Below, one piece after another: positions 42,616 to 52,173 of a DNA stretch of 64,000 bases. Position 1 is the first letter of the stretch. Each line of letters opens with the position of its first letter. The notes beneath the pieces were generated by a model. The model had not been told where the DNA came from, did not search any database, and worked only from the letters and a program-made list of their open reading frames with translations. The position numbers were made by a program, and so were the translations under genes. The DNA comes from Longimicrobiales bacterium (GTDB taxonomy: Bacteria > Gemmatimonadota > Gemmatimonadetes > Longimicrobiales > RSA9). The stretch covers positions 24,666 through 88,665 of the forward strand of contig JAWODW010000052.1 in the NCBI GenBank assembly GCA_046483065.1. The letters run 5' to 3'.

Positions 42616-43647
42616 ATGAAGACACTGCGGCTGCCGAAGGACGGTCTGGAGGCGTTCACGGAGGTGTTGGGCGGGTTCGGGGCGGTTCACGCGCCGTTGC
42701 GGACGGACACGGGCCTCGCCTTCGGTCGGCTGGAGCACTGGTCGGACGCCGAGTTGGAGTACACGCGGACCACGCTGCCGCCGAAGAAATACGTGCTGCC
42801 ACAGCGGGAGACACTGTTCCGTTACGACCCGGATGCGGGCTACCTGCCGGAGACCGAAGAGCCACGGGAGCGGGTCATCCTGCTGGGGGTCCACGTCTGC
42901 GATATCTACGGGCTGAACCTGCTGGACAAGGTGTTCCTCGGGGACACGCCGGACCCGTACTACCGGACCCGGCGGCGGAACGTGGCGGTGGTGGGGATCG
43001 ACTGCGTGCCGGACGAGCACTGCTTCTGCCGGTCGATGCGGGCGGACATGGTGGACACGGGATTCGACCTGTTCCTGTGCGACATCGGCGAGCACTACAT
43101 GGTGGTAGTGGGGACGGCGCTGGGCGACGACATGGTACTGGCGGCGCCGGAGCTGTTCGAGGAGGTCACGGACGCCGACGTGGAGGGATACAAGCGTCGT
43201 TCGTCGGAGAAGGAGCGCGAGCTGCTTCTGAACGTGGACATCCGGGGGCTGGCCGAGCTGTTCGACCTGGAGTACGACTCGGCGGTGTGGGAGGAGCTGG
43301 GCGAGCGGTGCCTGTCGTGCGGCAAATGCACCATGGTCTGCCCGACCTGCTACTGCTACGACGTGCGGGACGAGCGTGCGTTCGGCGAGGAGGGGAGCAC
43401 CCGGCTCCGGGTGTGGGACTCGTGCCTCTTCTCTCAGCACGCGGCGGTGGCCGGGGGTGAGAATTTCCGGGAGCGGAACGCGGACCGGATCAAGTACCGC
43501 TTCTACCACAAGCACCGGGGGTTCGTGGTCGAACACGGCCGCCCGAGCTGTATCGGCTGCGGACGGTGCATCGTGAGCTGTCCGGCCGGAATCCACGACG
43601 TGGACGTCATGAACAAGCTGCGGGGGGTGTCCCATGCAGGCGCGTAG
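42616..43647 (+). CDS. Group 3b NiFe hydrogenase (sulfhydrogenase-type) beta subunit, 4Fe-4S dicluster protein (HydB/AsrA-like)
   Basis: Tail of ORF 42520..43647 from ATG 42616 (GGGAGGAG upstream). Cys clusters CLSCGKCTMVCPTCYC and CIGCGRCIVSCP. Confidence 0.85.
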   Translation: MKTLRLPKDGLEAFTEVLGGFGAVHAPLRTDTGLAFGRLEHWSDAELEYTRTTLPPKKYVLPQRETLFRYDPDAGYLPETEEPRERVILLGVHVCDIYGLNLLDKVFLGDTPDPYYRTRRRNVAVVGIDCVPDEHCFCRSMRADMVDTGFDLFLCDIGEHYMVVVGTALGDDMVLAAPELFEEVTDADVEGYKRRSSEKERELLLNVDIRGLAELFDLEYDSAVWEELGERCLSCGKCTMVCPTCYCYDVRDERAFGEEGSTRLRVWDSCLFSQHAAVAGGENFRERNADRIKYRFYHKHRGFVVEHGRPSCIGCGRCIVSCPAGIHDVDVMNKLRGVSHAGA

Positions 43648-44515
43648 TCCCGTACCCACCGTCTGGCGACCGACCGAGCTGTGGCGCGACAACGTCTATC
43701 AGCCGCTCCTCGCCCGGATCGTTCGGATCTACAAGATGGTCGAGGACCACTACGTCTTCACGGTCCGGTTCGAGGATGATGACATCTCGGCCGGATTCAG
43801 CCATCGCCCGGGCCAGTTCGTGATGCTGAGCGTGCCGGGGAGCGGCGAGGCGCCGATCTCGATCTCGTCACCGCCCACGCGCCGGGGCGTGATCGAGCTG
43901 TGCGTGCGCCGGACCGGCCGGGTGACGGATGCGCTCTACCGGCTCCGGATGAACGACTACGTGGGGATCCGGGGTCCGTACGGAAACGGTTACCCGATGG
44001 AGGAGCTCTACGACGAGGACCTCCTGCTCGTGGCGGGCGGGCTCGGCATGGCGCCGATCCGGTCGCTCCTCTGGTTCGCGCTGGACGAGCGGGAGAAGTT
44101 CCGCAAGGTGATCCTGATGTACGGAGGTCGGGACCCGGAGAACATGCTCTTCCGCGAGGAGCTGACCTCGCTGACCGACCGGGACGACCTGGAGTGTCTC
44201 CTCTCGGTGGACCGCGATCCCACGGGCGAGTGGGCCCACCACGTGGGCCGGCTCCCGGAGCTCTTCGACCAGGTGGAGATCGACTCGAAGCGGACCCACG
44301 CGGCCGTGTGCGGGCCGCCGATCGTCTATAAGTACGTCCTCGAGCGCCTCCTCGACCTCGGCTTCTCCAAGGATCGGATCCTGATGTCGCTGGAGCGGCG
44401 GATGAAGTGCGGGATCGGCAAGTGCGGCCACTGCGGGATCGGCGCCAAGTACACGTGCACCGACGGCCCGATCTTCACCTACTGGGACGCCCTCAACCTG
44501 CCGGAGATGATATGA
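43634..44515 (+). CDS. Group 3b hydrogenase gamma subunit, FAD/NAD(P)-binding oxidoreductase with a C-terminal 2Fe-2S site (HydG/AsrB-like)
   Basis: 293 aa. RPGQFVML, LLLVAGGLGMAPIRS, C-terminal CGIGKCGHCGIG...CTDGP. Confidence 0.85.
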   Translation: MQARSPVPTVWRPTELWRDNVYQPLLARIVRIYKMVEDHYVFTVRFEDDDISAGFSHRPGQFVMLSVPGSGEAPISISSPPTRRGVIELCVRRTGRVTDALYRLRMNDYVGIRGPYGNGYPMEELYDEDLLLVAGGLGMAPIRSLLWFALDEREKFRKVILMYGGRDPENMLFREELTSLTDRDDLECLLSVDRDPTGEWAHHVGRLPELFDQVEIDSKRTHAAVCGPPIVYKYVLERLLDLGFSKDRILMSLERRMKCGIGKCGHCGIGAKYTCTDGPIFTYWDALNLPEMI

Positions 44516-45276
44516 GTAACCGTGCCAGGCCGACCGTCGGCATCTTCGGACTGACCGGCTGCGCCGGAGATCAGCTCGCGATCCTGAACTGCGAGGACGA
44601 GCTCCTCGATCTGGTGGACGTGCTGGACGTGCGCGACTTCCTCATGGCGTCATCGGACAACGACGAAGACGCCCATCTCGACATCGCGCTCGTGGAGGGC
44701 GCGGTGCTGAGCGGCCGGGACGAAGCGAAGGTGAAGGCCATCCGTGAGCGGGCGGACACCGTCATCGCCCTGGGGACCTGCGCCCTGCACGGCGGCGTGC
44801 CGATCATGGACCGGGACCACGACCGCGCCGCCCTGCTCCGGCAGGTCTACGGCGACCTCGGGTCGAGCTACGACAGCTGCGGGGCGAAGCCGCTGCACGA
44901 GGTGATCGAGGTGGACCTCGGGATCCCGGGGTGCCCGATCGAGAAGGACGAGTTCCTTGCGGCCATCGCCCATCTGCTGGCCGGCGATCCGCCGCTGGGG
45001 CGCGAGTACCCGGTGTGCGCCGAGTGCAAGATGGCCGAGAACGACTGCGTCCTGATCCGCCCTGACGCTTTCTGCATGGGGCCCGTCACCGCCGCCGGCT
45101 GTGGTGCCCGGTGCCCCGCGCTCCGGGTCGGCTGCGTCGGGTGTCGGGGCCCGGCGGTGGACGCGAACATGCCAGCGCTGGTAGCTGCATACGAGGAGCG
45201 CGGGATGAGCCGGGACGTGATCGAGCGGAAGATGCGGACCTTTGCGGCCGTCGCCACGGAAAGGCAAGGATCATGA
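44512..45276 (+). CDS. Group 3b NiFe hydrogenase small (delta) subunit, NuoB-like
   Basis: Tail of ORF 44407..45276 from ATG 44512 (ATGA overlap). FGLTGCAGDQ, ALGTCALHGG, GCPIEKDEF, and a distal Cys cluster CAECK...CMGPVTAAGCGARCP...CVGCRGP. Confidence 0.85.
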   Translation: MSNRARPTVGIFGLTGCAGDQLAILNCEDELLDLVDVLDVRDFLMASSDNDEDAHLDIALVEGAVLSGRDEAKVKAIRERADTVIALGTCALHGGVPIMDRDHDRAALLRQVYGDLGSSYDSCGAKPLHEVIEVDLGIPGCPIEKDEFLAAIAHLLAGDPPLGREYPVCAECKMAENDCVLIRPDAFCMGPVTAAGCGARCPALRVGCVGCRGPAVDANMPALVAAYEERGMSRDVIERKMRTFAAVATERQGS

Positions 45277-46592
45277 GTGCTACGGAAACCAATCGCCGGA
45301 CCATCACCGTCGACCACCTGGCCCGTGTCGAAGGACACGGGGGCATCACCGTGGAGCTCGAGGGCGAGGACGTCTACGCCGTCCGCTTCGACGTCTTCGA
45401 GGGGATCCGCCTGATCGAGGGGCTCATCGGCGGCCGCCGGTGGGACGACATCTCCCCCATCGTCTCCCGAATCTGCGCCATCTGCTCCGTGGCCCACTCC
45501 ATGACCTCCATCCGGGTCACCGAGAAGGTCTTCGGCGTGCGCACCAGCCCCCGCACCGAGCTCCTGCGCGACCTGCTCTGGCGCGGTGAGAACATCGAGA
45601 GCCACGCCCTGCACCTCTACCTCCTGGCCGCGCCGGACTACCTCGGCTACGCCAGCGGGCCGGCCCTCGCCGCCGATCATCCGGCGGCCGTGGCCGTGGG
45701 GCTTCGCCTCAAGAAGCTCGGCAACCTGATCCAGGAGACCGTGGGAGGACGGGAGATCCACCCGGTGAACGCTGTCCCCGGCGGATTCGGGCGCGCTCCT
45801 GGTGTGGAGGCGCTCCAGCAGCTCCGCGAGCAGCTGCTGGTGGCCCGGGCCGACATCGAGGCCACTATCGACCTCGTGAAAGGACTGCCGCCCACGCCCC
45901 CGCTGGACGTCGACACCATCTTCATGGCGCTTCGCCAGGACCAAGACTACCGGTACGACCGCGGCGACCGGGTGGTGGTGCTCCGCGCTGGCGACCGGAC
46001 CGTGATCCCCGTCGAGGAGCTGCGCGATGTGGCGCCGGAGCGCGCCGTGCCCCACTCCCACGCCAAGCACACCACCCTCGACGGGCGATCCTTCATGGTG
46101 GGCGCCCTCGCCCGACTCGCCATCAACCGCGACCGACTGCCGGCGCTGGGCGAGGAATTGATCGAGGAGCTCGCGCTCACGCTCCCGTCCCGGGACCCCA
46201 TGGACAACAACAAGGCCCAGGCCATCGAGCTGGCACTGGACGTCGAGCGGGCCATCGCCCTCGTCGACCTGCTCCTGACCGGCGACCTCGACGACGAGCC
46301 CACGCCGGCGGTCCGGCCGCGACCGGGCGAGGCCGTGGTGGTGACCGAGGCGCCCCGGGGGATGCTGCTGCACAGCTACACGTACGACTCCGGCGGCTTC
46401 ATCACCGACGCCGACGTCATCACGCCCACCGCCTTCAACGCGGCCAGCGTTGAGGACCACTTCCGTGCGGCGGTGGACCGCGAGGGCGTGGACGACCCCG
46501 ACGCCCTCGCCCATACGCTGGAGATGATCGCCCGCGCCTACGACCCGTGCATCTCCTGCTCCGTGCACCTGGTCCACCGGCCCAGGTCGTGA
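45273..46592 (+). CDS. NiFe hydrogenase large (alpha) subunit, group 3b
   Basis: Tail of ORF 45111..46592 from ATG 45273 (ATGA overlap). LARVEGHGG, N-terminal Ni-Fe ligands RICAICSVAH, C-terminal DPCISCSVH followed by a short cleavable tail. Confidence 0.9.
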   Translation: MSATETNRRTITVDHLARVEGHGGITVELEGEDVYAVRFDVFEGIRLIEGLIGGRRWDDISPIVSRICAICSVAHSMTSIRVTEKVFGVRTSPRTELLRDLLWRGENIESHALHLYLLAAPDYLGYASGPALAADHPAAVAVGLRLKKLGNLIQETVGGREIHPVNAVPGGFGRAPGVEALQQLREQLLVARADIEATIDLVKGLPPTPPLDVDTIFMALRQDQDYRYDRGDRVVVLRAGDRTVIPVEELRDVAPERAVPHSHAKHTTLDGRSFMVGALARLAINRDRLPALGEELIEELALTLPSRDPMDNNKAQAIELALDVERAIALVDLLLTGDLDDEPTPAVRPRPGEAVVVTEAPRGMLLHSYTYDSGGFITDADVITPTAFNAASVEDHFRAAVDREGVDDPDALAHTLEMIARAYDPCISCSVHLVHRPRS

Positions 46593-47104
46593 GCCGCCTC
46601 CTCCTCGGCCTAGGCAACGTGCTGGCCGGTGACGACGGGATCGGCGTGCGCGTGGCCGAGCGGCTCCGGGACCACCCGCGCCTTCCCCCCGACATCGAGG
46701 TGCGGCTCCCGGGCCCCGACCTGCTGCGGGCCCAGGACCTGATGCACGGCCGGGAAGAGGTCATTCTCGTCGACGCAGTGCTGGGGCCCGAAGCGCCGGG
46801 GACCGTGGTGGTCCTCGACCCCGACGACCCCCGGCTCCTCGACCAGGGCGCCAGCGTCCATCAGCTCTCCCCCACCGCCGCGCTCCGGCTCCTCCGCGCC
46901 GCGGACCCCGCGCTGGCCTCGATCCCGGCACGGCTCCTCGGCATCGTCATCGAGGGCGCCGACGTGGATGCGGCACTGTCGCCGGCGCTGGCCGGAGAGC
47001 TCGATGCCATAACCCGGGCCGTCCTCGACGCCCTTCCCGCCGCCACAACCGCAGCGCCGGTGGACCCTAGTCCTCCAGGATCTCCCGGACCCGATCCCCG
47101 GTGA
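46589..47104 (+). CDS. Hydrogenase maturation endopeptidase (HycI/HoxW family)
   Basis: Tail of ORF 46547..47104 from GTG 46589 (GTGA overlap). LLLGLGNVLAGDDGIGVRVAE...ILVDAV...HQLSP. Confidence 0.8.
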   Translation: MSRLLLGLGNVLAGDDGIGVRVAERLRDHPRLPPDIEVRLPGPDLLRAQDLMHGREEVILVDAVLGPEAPGTVVVLDPDDPRLLDQGASVHQLSPTAALRLLRAADPALASIPARLLGIVIEGADVDAALSPALAGELDAITRAVLDALPAATTAAPVDPSPPGSPGPDPR

Positions 47105-48929
47105 TCTCCTCCTCATCCCGGAGCACCTCGGCGATGCGGTCCAGAGCTTGGCGCTTGTCCTCGAGGACGTCCGTGGCCCGCTCGAAGGCGCGGCCGATGA
47201 TGGACCGGACCTCCTCGTCCACGATGCGGGCGGTCTCCTCGCTGTAGTCCCTGCGCTGGGCGATCTCCTCGCCGAGGAAGACCTGCTCCTCCTTCCCGCC
47301 CGAGGCCATGGGCCCGAGGCGCTCGCTCATCCCCCAGTCCAGCACCATCCTCCGGGCCAGGCTCGTGGCCTGCTGGAGGTCGTCCTCGGCGCCGCTGGTC
47401 AGCGTGTCGAAGACGGTGGCCTCCGCGGCCCGCCCGCCGAGCATGACGGCGAGGCGGTCGAGCATGTGCTCGCGCTCGTGGATGTAACGCTCGTCGTCCG
47501 GCAGCTGGTGCGTGCTGCCCATGGACCGGCCCCGGGGCACGATGGTGACCTTGTGGATCGGATCGGCATCGGGGAGCTCGGCCGCCACGAGCGCGTGGCC
47601 GCCCTCGTGATAGGAGAGGAGCTCCACCTGGCGGTCGGAGAGGGCGAGCCCCTGGCGCTCGAGCCCCATGAGGACCCGGTCGCGGGCCTCCTCCACGTGT
47701 TCCTGGGTGATCTTGTCGGCGTCTTCCCGGGCCGCCGTGAGGGCCGCCTCGTTCAGCAGGTTCTCCAGGTCCGCGCCACTGAACCCTGGCGTCCCTTTGG
47801 CCAGCGACTCCAGGTCCACGTCCGGGTCCAGCGGCTTGTCCCGCCCGTGGAGCTCCAGGATCTTCTCCCGCTCGCTGGTGGTGGGCAGGTCCACCGTGAT
47901 CCGCCGGTCGAAGCGACCGGGCCGCAGCAGCGCCTGGTCCAGGATGTCCGGCCGGTTCGTGGCGGCCATGACGATGACGCTCTCGTTGGGCTCGAAGCCG
48001 TCGAGCTCGGAGAGGAGCTGGTTCAGCGTCTGCTCCCGCTCGTCGTGGCCGCCGCCCAGCCCCGCGCCGCGCTGACGGCCAATGGAGTCGAGTTCGTCGA
48101 TGAAGATGATGGCCGGCGCGGCGTCCTTCGCGTTCTCGAACAGGTCCCGGACCCGCTTCGCGCCCACGCCCACGAACATCTCCATGAAGTCGGAGCCGGT
48201 GATGATGAAGAACGGCACCTCCGCCTCGCCGGCCACGGCCCGGGCCAGCAGCGTCTTCCCGGTGCCCGGTGGGCCCAGCAGGAGCACGCCCGTGGGCACC
48301 TCGGCCCCCAGCCCGTGGAACCGCTCCGGGTCCTTCAGGAACTCGATGACCTCCCGGAGCTCCCCCTTGGCGCTCTCGGCGCCGGCCACGTCATCGAAGG
48401 TGGTCTCCTCGTCCGTCCGGTCGTACAGCTTCGCGCCGCTGCGCCCGATGTTCAGGATGTTCTGACCGCCGGTCTGCATGCGGCGGAACGCCAGCCAGCC
48501 GATGCCGAGGAGGAGCAGGATGGGCCAGAGCCAGAGGAGGATGGTCCACCAGTTCCCGTCGCTCTCAGGTCGGGTCTCGACCTGCACGTCGTGTTCGCGC
48601 AGGAGGGAGAATAGCTCCTCGTCGCCGAACGACGGGAGGAAAGTGATGAACTCGGTGTAGCGGATGGTGTCGCCCTCGACCACCCGGGTGGCCGAGTCCG
48701 CCAGCGTGCCCCGGACCTGCTCGCCCTGCACCACTACCTCGGCCACGTTGCCGCCGGTGAGCTGGTCCCGGAACGCGGTGTAGCTGATCTGCGGGCCTGC
48801 GCCGGTGTCGAACAGGTCCATCGTCCAGTAGGCGATGAGGAAGATCACCAGCATCCACATCACCAGTCGCCACGAGAGCGAGGAGGTCGGCATCTCTTCG
48901 GGGCCACGGCCACCGTCGGAGCCGGGCAT
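47067..48929 (-). CDS. ftsH: ATP-dependent zinc metalloprotease FtsH
   Basis: ORF 47067..49043. Walker [20 protein letters not shown] region, zinc site HEGGHA. Start uncertain among ATG 48980, 48929 and 48893. Confidence 0.95.
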   Translation of the reverse strand: MPGSDGGRGPEEMPTSSLSWRLVMWMLVIFLIAYWTMDLFDTGAGPQISYTAFRDQLTGGNVAEVVVQGEQVRGTLADSATRVVEGDTIRYTEFITFLPSFGDEELFSLLREHDVQVETRPESDGNWWTILLWLWPILLLLGIGWLAFRRMQTGGQNILNIGRSGAKLYDRTDEETTFDDVAGAESAKGELREVIEFLKDPERFHGLGAEVPTGVLLLGPPGTGKTLLARAVAGEAEVPFFIITGSDFMEMFVGVGAKRVRDLFENAKDAAPAIIFIDELDSIGRQRGAGLGGGHDEREQTLNQLLSELDGFEPNESVIVMAATNRPDILDQALLRPGRFDRRITVDLPTTSEREKILELHGRDKPLDPDVDLESLAKGTPGFSGADLENLLNEAALTAAREDADKITQEHVEEARDRVLMGLERQGLALSDRQVELLSYHEGGHALVAAELPDADPIHKVTIVPRGRSMGSTHQLPDDERYIHEREHMLDRLAVMLGGRAAEATVFDTLTSGAEDDLQQATSLARRMVLDWGMSERLGPMASGGKEEQVFLGEEIAQRRDYSEETARIVDEEVRSIIGRAFERATDVLEDKRQALDRIAEVLRDEEEITGDRVREILED

Positions 48930-49134
48930 CCTCCGGTCCTGCGGTTCTTCGCTCAGGGTTCGCTCCCGTCCAGGTCGCATACGCTCGCGCTGCCGACCCC
49001 ATCCGGTGCAAGCGGCATACCGGGCCCGCCTCCCTGCCGCCATCCTCGCGGTGCGCCGGATGCCGCCCTATTCTTCCCCCGGCAGCAGCCGGGCTGCACC
49101 TGGCCCGTTTCACCCGTATCCGGAGAGTATTGCC

Positions 49135-52100
49135 GTGCATAGAACGTTCGCGCTTCCCGTCTTCCTCGCCGCGTTCCTCGTGGTCCTGGCCCCTCCGCCC
49201 ACCCCCGCCGCGGCACAGGCCGATCCCGGCTCGAAGGTCCTCACGGCGGACGACTACGCCCGCTGGCGGACCATCGGCGCCGAGAGCCTCTCGAGCGACG
49301 GACGCTGGGCCACCTGGGTCTACCGGCACACCAACGTGGCCCGCGATGGCCGTGAGCCCGAGCTGCACATCCTGGAGCTGGCGACGGGGCGGGACACGGC
49401 CATCGCGGACGCGTCGAGCCCCGAGTTCTCCCCCGACGGCCGCTGGATCGCGTTCCGGGCCGACTCGACGCCCGACGGCGGCAAGAAGGGGAACGGCAAG
49501 CCCGGGAACGGCGAGGACGATACGGTCCATCGCGTAACGCTCCGCGAGCTGGCCACCGGGCGAACGCTCCTCTGGCACGACGTGCAGTCGGCTACCTTCG
49601 CCCGGAACTCGAAGTCCGTGCTGCTGCGGGACCGGGCGGCGAGCGGCGGCGGCGGCCGGTTCGGCGGCGGCAGCGCGCCGTCGGCCGAGGGCTCCGACGC
49701 CATCCTCGTGGACCTGGCCACGGGCCGCGCCCGGCACCTGGGCAGCGTAGGCGACGCGGCGTTCAACCGTACGGGAACCATGCTGGCCTACACCGTGGCC
49801 GCGGAGGTGGAGGACGCCAACGGGCTCTTCGTGGTGGAGGTCGCCACCGGGGTCACCCAGCCCCTCGACAATGACGCCCGCATCTACAGCCGTCTGGCGT
49901 GGAACGACGCCGGGACCGGCCTGGCCGTGCTCAAGGGCGAAGACGTGGATGAGATGCTCCACCGCCACAACGTGCTCCTGGTGGTGCCCGACGTGCCGCG
50001 GGCACTCCGGGACGGGACGGTCGCGCCCGTAACGCTCGACACCACGGCCGCCGGCTTCCCCGCCGGCTGGGTCATCAGCGACCGCGCATCGCTGACGTGG
50101 AGCGAGGACGGCCGGCGCGTGTTCCTGGGCGCCCGGCCGCAGGTGCCGGCGTCGGACACTGCCACCGTCGAGGCCACCGACTCCACCGCCGACGTGGACG
50201 TCTGGAGCACCGATGACCGGTACGTCCAGTCAGTGCAGATGTCACGGGCCGAGCGGGAACGAAGGTTCGCATACCGCCAGGCGTTCGACGTACGTCAGGA
50301 CGCGTTCGTGGCGCTCAGCGACTCGACCCTGCGCGACCTAGAGATCTCCCCCGACGGGGACTGGGCCGTGGGGCGGGACGAGCGTGCCTACATCTCCGAC
50401 TGGCGACCCTCCCGCGCCGACTTCTACCGCGTGAACACGGCCACCGGCGAGCGCACCCCGATGCTCGAGGGCCACCTCACCCGGAGCGGCGCTTTCGGGA
50501 TCTCGCCCGACGGAACCACGTTCCTCTACTGGGACGATGAGACCTTTCACGCCTACGACCTCGACCGCGGCACGGCCACTGCGCTCGGCCCCGGCGCGCC
50601 CGTCTTCACCGACACCGTGTGGGACTACACCGGCCCCCGCCCGCCCTGGGGCGTGGAGGGCTATACCGCCGATGGCGAGAGCGTGATCGTTCGAGACCGC
50701 TACGACCTCTGGACGCTGCCCCTCGACGGTGGCGAGGCCCGGAACATCACCGGCGGCTACGGCGCCGAGGACCGCACCGTCCTGCGCCTCGTCCGCCCGG
50801 AGCCCATCGACCCCATGGCGAGCCGCGCCGCGCGCACGGGAGACGTGTGGGACCTCTCCGAACCCGTCACCCTCTCCGCGTTCGGTGAGCTCACGAAGGA
50901 CGCCGGGTTCTATCGGCTCTCCGGCGGCCGGCTGAGCGAGGTCGTCTACGACGACGCCGCGTACGACACCCCGGCGAAAGCCGCCGACGCCGACCGCTTC
51001 CTCTTCACCCGCCAGACCTTCACCGAGGCGCCGGACCTCCACGTGTCCGACCGGGATTTCGGCGACGCAGAGCGGATCACCGACTCGAACCCCCACGATG
51101 ACGAGTACCGCTGGGGCCGGAGCATCCTCTTCGACTTCACCGACCGCTACGACCACCCGCTGCAGGGCCTGCTCTGGCTCCCGGACGACTACCGGGAGGG
51201 CGAGCAGCGCCCCATGATCGTCGCCTTCTACGAGGACCAGAGCTACCGGCTGAACCGGTACCCCATGCCCGAGCTCCTGGTCAGCGCCGGCCGCGCCGCC
51301 ATCGAGGCCGTGAGCCGCGGCTACATCGTCATGCTCCCCGACGTCCACTACCACACCGGCTCGTCCCACACCGACCAGCTCGACGCCGTCGAGGCCGCCA
51401 CCCGGAAGGCCATCGAGCTGGGGTACGCCGACCCCGACCGGATCGGGCTCCAGGGCCACAGCTATGCCGGCGAGGGTGCGGCCTATATCGGCACCCAGTC
51501 CGATCTCTTCGCCGCCGTGGTCGGCGGCGCCGGTGTCACCGACCTCTACACCGACTTCAACCAGCACTGGGGCTGGTCGTACCAGAACAGCGGCGGCGGC
51601 GGCGCCAACGGCAGCGGCTACTACATGTACAGCCAGGGCCGCTGGGGCTTCTCGCCCTGGGAGCGGCCCGACGTCTACCGGAGCGAGTCCGCACTGAGCC
51701 ACGCCCACGAGGCGAAGCAGCCGTTCCTCATCATGCACGGCACTGCCGACCCCACCGTCTCCTTCAACGAGAGCCTCAAGTTCTACAACGCGCTCCGCTT
51801 CAACGAGAAGCCCGCGTGGCTGCTGGCGTACCGGGACGAGGGCCACCACCTGAGCGAGCTCGGCAACCGGATCGACTTCACCACCCGCTTCTTCCAGTTC
51901 TTCGGCCACTACCTCCGGGGCGAGTCCGCCCCCGAGTGGATGACCCGCGGCGTGCCGTTCCTGGAGAAGACGGGCACGCCGGAGGGCGTCGAGCCGTCGG
52001 GTGAGGCCGACGAGGCCTCCGGCGAGGAGGGCGGCGAGGACAGCGGACGTCGCGAGGACAGCGGACGTCGAGGACAGCGGACGTCGCACCAGTCACCAGT

Positions 52101-52173
52101 TTCTACCTGTTCCGGCATGCTGGTGACCGATTGGGGCATGCTCCGGATCAGGCCGATCGCTGCCAGACCCTGA
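49135..52173 (+). CDS. S9-family serine peptidase (prolyl oligopeptidase / dipeptidyl peptidase-like) with N-terminal beta-propeller region
   Basis: Tail of ORF 48835..52173 from GTG 49135 (VHRTFALPVFLAAFLVVLAPPPTPAAAQ signal peptide; GGAGAG upstream). Propeller repeats SPDGRW, catalytic GLQGHSYAG, HGTADPTV, DEGHHL. The last roughly 45 codons run into REP-type repeats. Confidence 0.85.
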   Translation: MHRTFALPVFLAAFLVVLAPPPTPAAAQADPGSKVLTADDYARWRTIGAESLSSDGRWATWVYRHTNVARDGREPELHILELATGRDTAIADASSPEFSPDGRWIAFRADSTPDGGKKGNGKPGNGEDDTVHRVTLRELATGRTLLWHDVQSATFARNSKSVLLRDRAASGGGGRFGGGSAPSAEGSDAILVDLATGRARHLGSVGDAAFNRTGTMLAYTVAAEVEDANGLFVVEVATGVTQPLDNDARIYSRLAWNDAGTGLAVLKGEDVDEMLHRHNVLLVVPDVPRALRDGTVAPVTLDTTAAGFPAGWVISDRASLTWSEDGRRVFLGARPQVPASDTATVEATDSTADVDVWSTDDRYVQSVQMSRAERERRFAYRQAFDVRQDAFVALSDSTLRDLEISPDGDWAVGRDERAYISDWRPSRADFYRVNTATGERTPMLEGHLTRSGAFGISPDGTTFLYWDDETFHAYDLDRGTATALGPGAPVFTDTVWDYTGPRPPWGVEGYTADGESVIVRDRYDLWTLPLDGGEARNITGGYGAEDRTVLRLVRPEPIDPMASRAARTGDVWDLSEPVTLSAFGELTKDAGFYRLSGGRLSEVVYDDAAYDTPAKAADADRFLFTRQTFTEAPDLHVSDRDFGDAERITDSNPHDDEYRWGRSILFDFTDRYDHPLQGLLWLPDDYREGEQRPMIVAFYEDQSYRLNRYPMPELLVSAGRAAIEAVSRGYIVMLPDVHYHTGSSHTDQLDAVEAATRKAIELGYADPDRIGLQGHSYAGEGAAYIGTQSDLFAAVVGGAGVTDLYTDFNQHWGWSYQNSGGGGANGSGYYMYSQGRWGFSPWERPDVYRSESALSHAHEAKQPFLIMHGTADPTVSFNESLKFYNALRFNEKPAWLLAYRDEGHHLSELGNRIDFTTRFFQFFGHYLRGESAPEWMTRGVPFLEKTGTPEGVEPSGEADEASGEEGGEDSGRREDSGRRGQRTSHQSPVSTCSGMLVTDWGMLRIRPIAARP
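52036..52087. repeat. Three directly abutting copies (18, 16, 18 nt) of gaggacagcggacgtcgc
   Basis: Read directly: 52036-52053, 52054-52069, 52070-52087. The last copy merges into the left inverted repeat. Confidence 0.9.
52078..52103. repeat. Left 26-nt inverted repeat cggacgtcgcaccagtcaccagtttc
   Basis: Exact reverse complement of 53193-53218. Confidence 0.9.

Noticed and set aside
47067-47104. 38-nt convergent overlap of the hydrogenase protease and ftsH 3' ends as a regulatory feature
   Set aside because: The protease tail ([12 protein letters not shown]) is low-complexity read-on after the conserved domain. The overlap is most simply an incidental late stop codon.
52036-52087. Tandem repeats as a possible CRISPR array
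   Set aside because: Only three copies of 16-18 nt, abutting directly with no spacers, and no cas genes. They belong to the flank of the Y1 transposase unit.
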